This document shows positions 8,874-18,286 of a stretch of DNA of 32,067 nucleotides, one piece after another (positions within the stretch are counted from its first letter, which is position 1; every line of letters starts with the position of its first letter). Below the pieces are notes generated by a model that saw only the letters and a list, made by a program, of their open reading frames with translations, searched no databases and was not told where the DNA came from. Source of the stretch: a virus (taxonomy: Duplodnaviria > Caudoviricetes); IMG/VR virus record IMGVR_UViG_3300010236_000007, positions 1 through 32,067 of that record. The stretch is one strand, 5' to 3'. The position numbers and the translations under genes were made by a program.

Positions 8874-10016
8874 TCAATTCTCAACTGTCTGCACTTGCTC
8901 TAAAACCTTCTCTTTAGCAGTATTCTCAGGGTCTTTTGGTTCTAGCCTTCTTTTTCGATAGTCTACATCGTATTGAATTTTGTTAGATAATTCTCTTGTT
9001 AAAACCTCCCCTGATTGATTAGCTCTTATATCATATCTCTTAGCAAGTCCTTGTAATTCTCTATACCCCAGACTAGCTAAATCAACAGACCTAATTCTCG
9101 ATAGTGTTGTCCCTTCAAAATAAGCTACTGTTGTACTTCTACAGAAAACGTGCATCGGTGGGTAGTTTTCACCAACTTGTGCATCTTCTGTATTAAATAT
9201 CTCCCCATCAAGTGATCTACAAATATTAGAGGTTCTACTGTCTAGTATCGCAACATACTCATATTGACCAATACCATCATCTATATAACTCTGTAATTCC
9301 CCTTGTCCATGCATGTAATTAGTTTCTGTAGCAACAAGCCTTTTAGCATCAAAGAAACCAACGTCCATTCTATCTCTTAGAATTCGGGATGTCTTCATAA
9401 CACCCTGTCCTGATAACATAGAACTACTTAAAAGCTTAGGCATTTCCCTCATAAGCTTATCTTTGTTCTTCCAGATACTGTCTGAGTAGTGTCTTCCTTC
9501 CCATTTAGAGTTCACTATAGCTTTTATCATGTCTTCTGATAAAGTAGCAAACATAGGAGTAATGTTATATTGATCCATTATATCTTCCTGAGATCGCCCA
9601 TAAGCATTCTCTATAACATCTCTGTAATGACTTGTGGTGATTCTTTCTTCCTTTAAGCCTATAGAAGCTATTTCTAATTCTATTTGCTTATTAAGTGCTT
9701 CAAGCCTAGACAATCTCCATAGATAACGTTCATCATATATTTCTGTAGGGTTTATACCTAACTCCTGAGCCTTCAATTGAACAGTTCTTAAAAACCTAGA
9801 CTTCTCATTCGAGTTTAACGCACCCTCTAGAGCTGATTTCTCTAGAACGCCTTTCTCTGCGTAGTTTTTATATAAAGAGTCTATTTCCCTCTTAATGTTC
9901 TGTTGAGCCTCTGTAAACACGTCAGAGAGCTGTGCAAGGGTACTTAAAGCATACCTCTCACTAGATGCTAATCTTTCTGTTGACCTATTTATCCAATAGT
10001 TAGAAGTCTTTGCCAT
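8874..10016 (-). CDS. Minor head protein (SPP1 gp7 / MuF family) with C-terminal HeH/SAP-like extension
   Basis: RLVATETN...YEYVAILDSRTSNICRSLDG...NYPPMHVFCRST MuF motif. Confidence 0.93.
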   Translation of the reverse strand: MAKTSNYWINRSTERLASSERYALSTLAQLSDVFTEAQQNIKREIDSLYKNYAEKGVLEKSALEGALNSNEKSRFLRTVQLKAQELGINPTEIYDERYLWRLSRLEALNKQIELEIASIGLKEERITTSHYRDVIENAYGRSQEDIMDQYNITPMFATLSEDMIKAIVNSKWEGRHYSDSIWKNKDKLMREMPKLLSSSMLSGQGVMKTSRILRDRMDVGFFDAKRLVATETNYMHGQGELQSYIDDGIGQYEYVAILDSRTSNICRSLDGEIFNTEDAQVGENYPPMHVFCRSTTVAYFEGTTLSRIRSVDLASLGYRELQGLAKRYDIRANQSGEVLTRELSNKIQYDVDYRKRRLEPKDPENTAKEKVLEQVQTVEN

Positions 10017-10032
10017 TTATTTGTATGGTTAA

Positions 10033-11418
10033 TTATTCTTCTGGATTTTCTTCAGGCTCTTCATCCTCTCCTTCATTGGGTTTGTTTTCCCCATAGTTAG
10101 GATTGTCTCCTTGAATGTATTTGATTATCTCCTGTCTTCTTTTTTCAAGTTCTGCACTTGCATCCTGAACAAATGAAAGCTGAGATATTAGAGATTCATC
10201 GCTTACCTTACCCATTAAGTTGAGAATCATCTGAGATGTCTCGTAGTCATTCTGTGGTAGGCTTCTCTTAAATACTGCATCTACATTATAAATTGGAAGT
10301 AATTGAGTCTGGTCTGTCTTGTTTAAGTATTTGTTATAGAGACTCATTCTTTCCATTAAACCTCTTTCAAATGCTGTTTCCTTATCCTGTACATTAAGTT
10401 CAAATGGTAAGAGCTTAAATCTTATAGCTACTCCTGAACTGTTTCCAACAAAGTTTTCATCAGTCATGTTAGGAGTCATGGATATCTTGTGTATGTCATC
10501 TACTATAGACTTTTTAAGGATTTCAAGCTGTTCTTCATTAAGCTCCTTGGTTACATAGGTTACTTCTGTTCCCTTAGTTTTAGGAGGTACAGATATTGTT
10601 CTCTGTTCTCTAGATTTCCTAATCTGGTCATCAGTTAGATCTACGCCATAAAGAATAAGCAAGGAGTCTACTAGAGCCTCCTTATCATTTACACGATCAG
10701 AGCAAAGAAGGTTGTAAGCATCTACTAATGATATAACATCATAATAGTCTCCTATCCTGTCATCATTATTTAGGTATTCAACAACTGGTACTTCACCAAT
10801 TGCATGATCCGCTGAACCGACCTTATTAAGATCTTCATCATATGTGAGTCTTTCTCTGTCATCTACTGTCCATACCCCGATATATTTAGCATCTTTGTCA
10901 TCCTTACTCTTTTTCTTAACTGCTTCGTATACAATAGCAAACATTTTAGCATGATCCATTGAGTCATCCCTTACAAGAATACAGTTCTTAGGATTAATAA
11001 CACTAGATACAGGCTCAGATTCACTATTAGCAAAAATATACTCATAAGCAACTCCATACTTTGAATCGTCCTTAGCAAGCTTTTTATCCAGATCCTTGAT
11101 TGTCTGCTTCTTATAAGCCTCTAGTATTTCATCTAGGATTGTCTGATACTTTTTATTCTTGGCATCTTTTCCTTGCAATACATATTCTACTGGATTTCCT
11201 AGGAAGTATCCTACATTAATTTTAGTAATATACTTTGGATGATTTATAACAATCTTGTTATTCTTTAAGCCCTTGGGCTTCTCTCTCTCTGTAATTTGAT
11301 GATCACCATTGTAATAGTCATCAGCTTGGATATACATCTTTTTTTGCTCTTCGTTCCATTCGATGGCATCCTTAATGACCTTTGTACTGAGTGCAGTACC
11401 TTTTTTAAGTGTATACAT
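10033..11418 (-). CDS. Portal protein (SPP1 gp6-like)
   Basis: YYNGDHQI...NNKIVINHPKYI...GYFLGNPV...GEVPVVEYLNN...GNSSGVAIRFK. Confidence 0.96.
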   Translation of the reverse strand: MYTLKKGTALSTKVIKDAIEWNEEQKKMYIQADDYYNGDHQITEREKPKGLKNNKIVINHPKYITKINVGYFLGNPVEYVLQGKDAKNKKYQTILDEILEAYKKQTIKDLDKKLAKDDSKYGVAYEYIFANSESEPVSSVINPKNCILVRDDSMDHAKMFAIVYEAVKKKSKDDKDAKYIGVWTVDDRERLTYDEDLNKVGSADHAIGEVPVVEYLNNDDRIGDYYDVISLVDAYNLLCSDRVNDKEALVDSLLILYGVDLTDDQIRKSREQRTISVPPKTKGTEVTYVTKELNEEQLEILKKSIVDDIHKISMTPNMTDENFVGNSSGVAIRFKLLPFELNVQDKETAFERGLMERMSLYNKYLNKTDQTQLLPIYNVDAVFKRSLPQNDYETSQMILNLMGKVSDESLISQLSFVQDASAELEKRRQEIIKYIQGDNPNYGENKPNEGEDEEPEENPEE

Positions 11419-11452
11419 ATCTCCTTATCAAGTTAAAAATAAAATATAATTT

Positions 11453-12685
11453 CTATATAATTCCAGATGGATAGATTTTAACTTCAAATTCGTTTGTCAA
11501 AACTTTAATAGCCCTGTACCTTACAGCATCCAAGCCATGGTTAAATTCATCAACGGGTACATTGAGAGACTCCCCGAATCTGTCCTGCGCCCATTTATAC
11601 TTCCTGAATTCCTTTTGGAGGTTAAGAGAACGCCTAGTTACATGTATCTTGTATCCTAGTAAAAGATCCACGCCAAACTTAATAGAATCCCGACCTTTTT
11701 CCGCTCCATTTATATTAAATCCATGCGAAGCAATTTCGTCAATAGATTTAGGTTCGGCACTATCTGCGGTGATCTCCCTGTTCCCTATACCTAGATCCCT
11801 AAGTAATGATACAATAGTTCTTTCATTTTTGTAAGGGGATGTATTTTTAAGTCCTCTTTCGTATATGAGTTCATCTAAATAGATCTCATTGTTAAACATA
11901 TACATGTCAATTAAAGCTGTTGGGTCGTTAGAGTACCCAAAGTCTAAACCAAGCCCAATATCCTTAGCCTCTTCTGGGATGTCATCTACAATATCCCAGT
12001 TATTATATACAAGACCCTCAAGTTTTGCGGGCTTTCCTAGTCCATATACATCCCACATGTATTGATCTGCTGTTGCATTCTTAATGTTCTCTTCTGTAGG
12101 TTCATAACTCATTATCTTATCGTAGGTCTTTTGACCTATGAAAGGGTTATCTTTAACTGTAGATCCAATGACTATAACATCTGGTCTCTGATACAAATCA
12201 AAAACCCAATGATCTTCATCGGACGGGTTGAAGTCCAAAATCATTAGCTTTTCAGTACGCAACTCTAACTGGTCAAAAACATCTCTTCTTGGAATCTCTA
12301 TAACCTCATTCATCCATGTATACTTTTGTTTCCTACCATGAGCCTTTCGAGGCTTGTCCAAACCCCAAAATATAAACTCTCCATTCTCTATATTGTATAC
12401 CTGTCTGGGTCTATCTGGATTAATCTCAGGAGTTACTCCAAGACGATACTTATCATTCATTTCATCAAAGTCCCGAAGTAGGGTGTCTCTGTTTAATTGA
12501 AGGGATTCCCTTGTGATAGTTACATCAAAGACTTCTTTGTTAAGTGCCTTAACCATAAAGAATTGAAAGATAGACCATGTTTTACTTGATCTAGACCCTC
12601 CTTGCAGAATAATAACATTGTATCCTGCCTTCTCAGCATTCAAAATGTCTGCGTATACTCTACTGGTCTGAATCTTCTGTTTCAT
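11453..12685 (-). CDS. terL: Terminase large subunit (PBSX-type)
   Basis: Walker A-like QGGSRSSKT, Walker B WMNE, FNP motif, nuclease GLDFGYSNDPTA, ADSAEPKSI and NHGLDAVRY. Confidence 0.96.
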   Translation of the reverse strand: MKQKIQTSRVYADILNAEKAGYNVIILQGGSRSSKTWSIFQFFMVKALNKEVFDVTITRESLQLNRDTLLRDFDEMNDKYRLGVTPEINPDRPRQVYNIENGEFIFWGLDKPRKAHGRKQKYTWMNEVIEIPRRDVFDQLELRTEKLMILDFNPSDEDHWVFDLYQRPDVIVIGSTVKDNPFIGQKTYDKIMSYEPTEENIKNATADQYMWDVYGLGKPAKLEGLVYNNWDIVDDIPEEAKDIGLGLDFGYSNDPTALIDMYMFNNEIYLDELIYERGLKNTSPYKNERTIVSLLRDLGIGNREITADSAEPKSIDEIASHGFNINGAEKGRDSIKFGVDLLLGYKIHVTRRSLNLQKEFRKYKWAQDRFGESLNVPVDEFNHGLDAVRYRAIKVLTNEFEVKIYPSGII

Positions 12686-13247
12686 CGTTGTCTACATCCT
12701 CTCTTTTATCTATAACCTCAACAACGTATCCTTCAATCCTCTCTCCTTGGCTTGTTAAATCTAAGGACTGTGGAGCTTTACCAAATGTTCTGTCCATCAT
12801 TGAGTCAATAGCTTTCAAGTCGGGAGCTTTAACAGATATATAATAATAATTACCATCTATCGTTTCGCCATGTCCATGTACAACCCCTTCATCTAATGCC
12901 ATACAAATCTCTTCTGGATCTTCTACTATAACGTGATTATATTTAGCAATTTTTCCCTTATCGTTTCTTACAGGTTCTCTTCTTATCATAAACTGCAAAC
13001 CCTCCGCTAGACTCACCTGAGCATTGAATAATCTACCGACTCGCATCCGAACACGTGCCTTGAATTTTCTCAAAGCTTCTCGTTCCTCAATAGTGTCTTT
13101 GTTCTCTGATCCTTCGGGTCTTCCTGCTCCTTCTCTTTTTCCTCCCCAACTTGATTTATCTTTCGAGTTTTCAAGTTTTTCAAGTTTTTCAAGTTCTTGA
13201 TTTTCATTGTTAATTTCTTTGTTTTTTGTATCATCCATTTCTACCAT
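12660..13247 (-). CDS. terS: Terminase small subunit
   Basis: WGGKREGAGRP motif and DRTFGKAPQSLDLTS C-terminal pattern; overlaps the terL start. Confidence 0.75.
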   Translation of the reverse strand: MVEMDDTKNKEINNENQELEKLEKLENSKDKSSWGGKREGAGRPEGSENKDTIEEREALRKFKARVRMRVGRLFNAQVSLAEGLQFMIRREPVRNDKGKIAKYNHVIVEDPEEICMALDEGVVHGHGETIDGNYYYISVKAPDLKAIDSMMDRTFGKAPQSLDLTSQGERIEGYVVEVIDKREDVDNDETEDSDQ

Positions 13248-13403
13248 ATGTCTATGTATGAGTAATATTAGATAGTACTCCCCTACTTTGTAGTAGGTAT
13301 ATATATAATTCCTGAAAAACGCCTGTTTGTAGGCTAAACATCCCCTACCCTAGCCTACCCTACCGTGTTCAAAGTTTATGAACATCATAGTTTTTATGTA
13401 ACT

Positions 13404-13769
13404 TTATTGTAATTTCTTTGTTAATTCCTCTATTAGTACTTCTTTTGACTGGTTAGCTTGTATGTCATGCTCCTTTGCTAGTTTTTGAAGGTCTCTGTAA
13501 CCCATGCTTGGGATTGGGTTTTCTGCAACTTCTGTAGCCTCCTCTTCTGGTTCTTCTTTCTCTTCCCTTACCCCTGATGGAGTTTTTAGAGGTTCACTTA
13601 GGTCTTCTACTGGTTTGTCCTCTTCTACATCATGAATTAAGACCTTTGCTAGTCCCATACTTAGTAGTTTCTCTGATCGGAGATCTGTAACAATTAACGT
13701 CTCTCCCTTACCTACTGCTCTGTTTAATTCCAAATCGTTATACCCTATTAGAATTTCTAATTTCTTCAT
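13404..13769 (-). CDS. Hypothetical protein with C-terminal HeH/SAP-like domain
   Basis: Small N-terminal domain, acidic linker, then MGYRDLQKLAKEHDIQANQSKEVLIEEL. Confidence 0.65.
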   Translation of the reverse strand: MKKLEILIGYNDLELNRAVGKGETLIVTDLRSEKLLSMGLAKVLIHDVEEDKPVEDLSEPLKTPSGVREEKEEPEEEATEVAENPIPSMGYRDLQKLAKEHDIQANQSKEVLIEELTKKLQ

Positions 13770-14704
13770 TATTTGGATAATAACAAATTAAATAAATTTC
13801 TCCACGGCTGTGTATCCGCATATCTCTTTAATATACCACACCCTATAAAATTATCATAGAATAGGTTGACATCCACGTTGTCCATGTTCATATCGAGGAT
13901 GTGTCCATTGACTCCATCCTCAACTACCTTCTCTACTCCTTCCCATCTGGTAACTATAACTGGAACACCTGCATGCAATGCTTCATATACAGAATAACAA
14001 TACCCCTCTGCATCTGAGAGCTGTACTACATAATCTGCTCCTTTCATAAAGTTAGGCATTTCTTCTGATTTCCTATATCCTTTGAATGATACTTCTGGAT
14101 AGTCCGAAAATATCTCCTTGTACATTTGTATTATAGTCTTTGACCCGTCTCCATATATGTCCCATGTAAATAAGAGGTTTTCTTCTCTAAGTTTTTTTGT
14201 TAGTGTAAATATTCTGTCTAGTCCCTTGCCTACATCGATTCTAGTGGCTGTTAGGAATCTAATTACTCTCTTTTCTTCAAATACAGGTACTAGGTTAGGT
14301 ATTACCTCACTTTCTATATTGAATTGTTCTTTTAGATCCTTTTGAACAGCTTCGCTTACAGCTATATGTATATCTACTGGGTCTTTTGTATTGGGTTTAA
14401 CCTTCCATTTAGAGAGTTCTGTATGATATACCTGAATATAACTTTTAGCCTGAATATTATGTGTCTCATGTTCGATACTGGAATATATACAAATATCTCC
14501 CCTTATTATCTGTCCTGAGTTTTTAATTGTTGTACATATTTCCCCAAAGTCCTTTATCACATTTGGGTCTCCTGCATCATATACATATTTGATATCACAA
14601 AACTTGGACAAGTGTGATATAAACGCCTTTTCAAAAGTTTGTAGTCCACTAACTCTGTGGACAATCTTAGAATATAGAATTATCTCTGGTCTTTCTGTTG
14701 ACAT
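13769..14704 (-). CDS. Glycosyltransferase, GT-B fold (GT4-like)
   Basis: TRIDVGKG...ADYVVQLSDAEGYCYSVYEALHAGVPVI (EX7E)...VEDGVNG. Confidence 0.92.
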   Translation of the reverse strand: MSTERPEIILYSKIVHRVSGLQTFEKAFISHLSKFCDIKYVYDAGDPNVIKDFGEICTTIKNSGQIIRGDICIYSSIEHETHNIQAKSYIQVYHTELSKWKVKPNTKDPVDIHIAVSEAVQKDLKEQFNIESEVIPNLVPVFEEKRVIRFLTATRIDVGKGLDRIFTLTKKLREENLLFTWDIYGDGSKTIIQMYKEIFSDYPEVSFKGYRKSEEMPNFMKGADYVVQLSDAEGYCYSVYEALHAGVPVIVTRWEGVEKVVEDGVNGHILDMNMDNVDVNLFYDNFIGCGILKRYADTQPWRNLFNLLLSK

Positions 14705-15765
14705 ATTTCTTCAAATAAACTCATATAGTTTGGTTTTTGTGCCTCCCAAGACATATCTTCTGCTAGTTGCCTTGCTCTTTTAGTCTCCTGCTTATAATTA
14801 TCCTTTATGTATTGAACTCTTGAGATTATATCCACTACAGATGAATTATACATCGGAATAGGAGAGTGAGTTTGAATTTCCCCACACTTAAACCCATTTA
14901 TTAACCATTCTTCTGGTAGTACTTTATTGTTAGGAGAGATGTCTGGCATTATTACTGGCATTCCTGCGGACAAAGCCTCCCAGAGTGGTAAGCAAAGCCC
15001 CCCATACTTTCTAGGTAATATCATTAGACTACCATCCTTATATAGATCCTGCACCTCTTCTGCATCATAAGTAATTTGTAAGTTGTCTCCTAGTTCTTTA
15101 GCTACGTTATCTAAAAGAGGCTTTACACTTTCGTATACATCTTCTGAGACTGCTTCTTTAGGGGTTTGAATGAATAATTGGTATTGATAAACCTTTCCTA
15201 TTTGCCTGATTGCTTTTAAGAATAGTTCTGTTCCATTCCTATCATGCATTGCAGGTCTTCCCATTACATGTGTTATTACTTTTAGTTCTTTGTGATTATT
15301 ATTAGGTATTTTATTGATATCTATAGGGACTGGTAGGTACTCAACTCTAGCTATACCTAAATCTTTGACTCTGTCTATCTCCCAATATGAAGGGCTTGCT
15401 AACACATCTGGTTTTGGAAGATTGATGTCTCTAAAGTAGTTTAAAAATTCATAGTTAAATTGCATAACAGTCTTAACTCCTTTTTTTCTGGCAATGTTGA
15501 ATAACTCCCAGTTCAGAGGAGTCTCGCATAAAAAGACCATATCAACATCTTCTGTTAACCAATCTATATCGCTAAAGTTAGGAATTCCATCGGACACCCT
15601 TAAATCCTCTGTTAACTCTTCATATCGCTCATGATGTACAGGCATGTGATTAAGCTTACTTAGGTCTGCTATTAGAATCTTTTCGCATTCTATGTTCTTG
15701 GCAAAATCCCAAGTTTGGTAGCCTAAACCTGTATTAGAACTAAAGGCTAATAATCCTATTCTCAT
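14680..15765 (-). CDS. Glycosyltransferase, GT-B fold (GT4-like)
   Basis: MRIGLL...TGLGYQT N-terminus; DRNGT; PRKYGGLCLPLWEALSAGMPVI (first Glu of EX7E replaced by Gly). Confidence 0.9.
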   Translation of the reverse strand: MRIGLLAFSSNTGLGYQTWDFAKNIECEKILIADLSKLNHMPVHHERYEELTEDLRVSDGIPNFSDIDWLTEDVDMVFLCETPLNWELFNIARKKGVKTVMQFNYEFLNYFRDINLPKPDVLASPSYWEIDRVKDLGIARVEYLPVPIDINKIPNNNHKELKVITHVMGRPAMHDRNGTELFLKAIRQIGKVYQYQLFIQTPKEAVSEDVYESVKPLLDNVAKELGDNLQITYDAEEVQDLYKDGSLMILPRKYGGLCLPLWEALSAGMPVIMPDISPNNKVLPEEWLINGFKCGEIQTHSPIPMYNSSVVDIISRVQYIKDNYKQETKRARQLAEDMSWEAQKPNYMSLFEEICQQKDQR

Positions 15766-15827
15766 TTTATCAAATAAAAATAAACTTAATTATACCTTTC
15801 TTTTCCTTCCTGTATTTTTTTATTAGT

Positions 15828-16541
15828 TTATCCATCGATATCATATCTCCTCCCATAAATATAACCTCCAAGAGAAGGTCTTCCAAGAACGTGTAGATTA
15901 AATACCTCAGCTAATTTGGTCATCATCTTACCAAACTGCTTCTCATGTCCACCATCAAATTCTAGTGTCAAATACTTTATTTTCTGTAAGACCTCAATAC
16001 TGGCATCTTCAATAACATCGTACTCCGCACCTTCAATGTCTATTTTCATTACATCGCATACAGGAATGTTGTTGTTGGCAAAAACATTCTCTAAGTTAAC
16101 AGCTTTAACCTCAACAGAGTCCTTATCTTTCCTTAAGACATTTGAATTGCCTCCTCGGTTGCTAATCATAACAGGAGACTCTGGATATACTGCTTGGGGA
16201 ATAATCTTAATATCACTTATAACATTGTTCCTTTTAATGTTTTTACTGAGAAGTTCTAGGTTATGAGGTTCTGGTTCATACGCAAAAACCTTAATAGGCT
16301 TCTGTTCTACAGCTAAATCTTTGTTAAAACTAGCAACAAATACTGAGACCGCCCCTATGTTTGCTCCTATATCTACAAAAACTCCCGAATCATTAAAGTC
16401 TGATGGTTCTATTTGATATACATTCTCAACCCAAGTTTCTTTAACAACTTTCCAGTCTAAGTTATTGTCATCGGAAGGATCTAGCTCTCTGTCTCTACCC
16501 TCAAACATATAATTGCTATCTGGTGTAAGTAATAAAATCAT
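15828..16541 (-). CDS. FkbM-family SAM-dependent methyltransferase
   Basis: VDIGANIG, AYEP and KIDIEGAEY motifs. Confidence 0.93.
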   Translation of the reverse strand: MILLLTPDSNYMFEGRDRELDPSDDNNLDWKVVKETWVENVYQIEPSDFNDSGVFVDIGANIGAVSVFVASFNKDLAVEQKPIKVFAYEPEPHNLELLSKNIKRNNVISDIKIIPQAVYPESPVMISNRGGNSNVLRKDKDSVEVKAVNLENVFANNNIPVCDVMKIDIEGAEYDVIEDASIEVLQKIKYLTLEFDGGHEKQFGKMMTKLAEVFNLHVLGRPSLGGYIYGRRYDIDG

Positions 16542-16558
16542 GCCACCTCTCTATAAAT

Positions 16559-17578
16559 TTATTTAATAATCGTATCCAAAATGTACTGTAGTCTGTTTGT
16601 GTATGTATGGTCTCTTAATGTCCTTTGATAACCTCTCTCTCTAATAGCCTCTCTTTCGTTGTCATTCTTTACATAATAATCTATCAGATATCTGAGATAG
16701 TAAAAATCTCCGAATGGGTATGTAATTAATTCAGCCTTAGAGGTATCAAAATGCTTAGAGGTGTATGTGTTCCCCATCCTCCCATTATATATTAACACTT
16801 CTTCATCATTTTGGGGTTTAGGCAATTCATAGAAGTCTTCAATGCCTTTTATATAAGGATGTATTATAAATCCATGCCTCCCAGTCGTCTCAAATATCCT
16901 GTCTGATAAATAATAGGGGTATTTGAAGTCTTTACATAAGGTGTCCCCAATAACCACCTTAGAATTGTGATAGAGCTTGTTTAAATCCCTTTCTCGGATA
17001 ATACCAAGCCCCCCTCTTCCATAATGTGCAAATCTGTCTTTATAAGTGTTCTTTAACCACTCCACTAACTCTGTTCTGTAAGACCATTCCTTATGATAGA
17101 TAGAACTGCCAACAAAAACAACATCATAAGCAAAGTCTGGATCTTCTTCTGCTATATAGGCTTCTTCTTTCCAGACACCCGCAGGAAGGAAATATCCTTT
17201 AGGAAGGTTAGGGTCATCATTTAGCTTGTCCACCATTAACTTATCCACAGAAAAGAAATGTTCAATAGTCCAATAAGGATCAGTTTCTAAATCTTTTTCT
17301 CTTTCTATTCCTAACCAAAGATCTAAATGATATCCAACTGTAGGTATTGATAACTCCTTTAGTCTATCTATAGTCTTCCTAATATTTGGTGTTTCCCATC
17401 CATGTGTATGTACCCAAAAAAACATATCCGATTTCTCGGCTTCTAACAAAATCTGTTCGGCACTTGCCTCTCCTTCTTGTAAGGGGATCACTTCATGCCC
17501 CATTTTAATCAGGCTCTTCAGATAATGGTTCTCAGAAGTAAACGTTATCTGAAAATTACCTAAGAATGTTATTCTCAT
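16559..17578 (-). CDS. Glycosyltransferase (Glyco_trans_1_2 / CgeB-like)
   Basis: YDVVFVGS...SDRIFE...REAIRERGYQRTLRDHTYTNR. The start is probably ATG 17578, which overlaps the HTH stop (ATGA). Confidence 0.9.
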   Translation of the reverse strand: MRITFLGNFQITFTSENHYLKSLIKMGHEVIPLQEGEASAEQILLEAEKSDMFFWVHTHGWETPNIRKTIDRLKELSIPTVGYHLDLWLGIEREKDLETDPYWTIEHFFSVDKLMVDKLNDDPNLPKGYFLPAGVWKEEAYIAEEDPDFAYDVVFVGSSIYHKEWSYRTELVEWLKNTYKDRFAHYGRGGLGIIRERDLNKLYHNSKVVIGDTLCKDFKYPYYLSDRIFETTGRHGFIIHPYIKGIEDFYELPKPQNDEEVLIYNGRMGNTYTSKHFDTSKAELITYPFGDFYYLRYLIDYYVKNDNEREAIRERGYQRTLRDHTYTNRLQYILDTIIK

Positions 17579-17778
17579 AGTGCTTTGTTTTCCCACCCTA
17601 GGGCTTTTAGTATTTTATAATAATTCTCTAGGCTCATATAGGGCTTACCATTAAACCATCTATATACAGTCATTCTGCTAACTCCTACCATTTGAGCAAA
17701 TTCTCTTTTACCTATTCCTCTCTCCTCCAATTCTTGTTGAACAGTTTTTACGAATTGTTTCATCTTATCTCTATTCAT
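17575..17778 (-). CDS. Cro/C1-type HTH regulator
   Basis: GKREFAQMVGVSRMTVYRW. Confidence 0.88.
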   Translation of the reverse strand: MNRDKMKQFVKTVQQELEERGIGKREFAQMVGVSRMTVYRWFNGKPYMSLENYYKILKALGWENKAL

Positions 17779-17806
17779 GTTTTCTTATTCTGAATTAATA
17801 TATTCT

Positions 17807-17835
17807 ATATTAGTCTACTATACACTAAACGTCAA
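17807..17835 (-). promoter_or_regulatory. Sigma70-type promoter ahead of the HTH-glycosyltransferase cluster
   Basis: TTGACG-N17-TAATAT in the intergenic gap. Confidence 0.65.
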
Positions 17836-17855
17836 GCATAATTTACGCACGCTTA

Positions 17856-18080
17856 CTAGCAAACTCCAGACATAAAGCGTTCAACTGGACTCTCAAGACA
17901 TTCAGCTATAGATCTAATCGTTGAGATAGTTGGATTTGTGGTAACATTGTTTTCTAACTTCCGCACAGTAGAGTATGGAACTTGCGAATGCTTGGAAAGC
18001 TCCTTTTGTGTCCACCCCCTCTTCTCCCTAAGGAACTTAATGGTCTCCCCATAAATGCAAGGATCCTTCTGTTTATCCAT
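17856..18080 (-). CDS. XRE-family HTH regulator
   Basis: IKFLREKRGWTQKELS...TVRKLEN...NPTISTIRSIAECL. Confidence 0.92.
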   Translation of the reverse strand: MDKQKDPCIYGETIKFLREKRGWTQKELSKHSQVPYSTVRKLENNVTTNPTISTIRSIAECLESPVERFMSGVC

Positions 18081-18286
18081 TAGTTTACCTTATTTATTTT
18101 AGGTAACCTTTCTATTATAGATTGCAATATCGCCAATGTAGCCTGATACTCTTTGTAACTCATATCTTTATTAACCATAGCAAGCCACTCTGAAACTTTA
18201 ATTTCCCCAAGCCTCATTGCCTCCTCGTAAATTACATTCTTTCTCGCTCTCTTTACTCCTTCTAGGATTTGTTCATCTGTTTTCAT
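18080..18286 (-). CDS. Hypothetical protein
   Basis: 68 aa, tightly coupled to both neighbours. Confidence 0.7.
   Translation of the reverse strand: MKTDEQILEGVKRARKNVIYEEAMRLGEIKVSEWLAMVNKDMSYKEYQATLAILQSIIERLPKINKVN

Noticed and set aside
13167-13197. 9-bp tandem repeat in terS (LEKLEKLE)
   Set aside because: A simple slippage repeat in a low-complexity N-terminus.
15770-15835. 21-aa ORF MDKLIKKYRKEKKGIIKFIFI bridging FkbM and the next GT
   Set aside because: It could couple translation but is too short to distinguish from chance.
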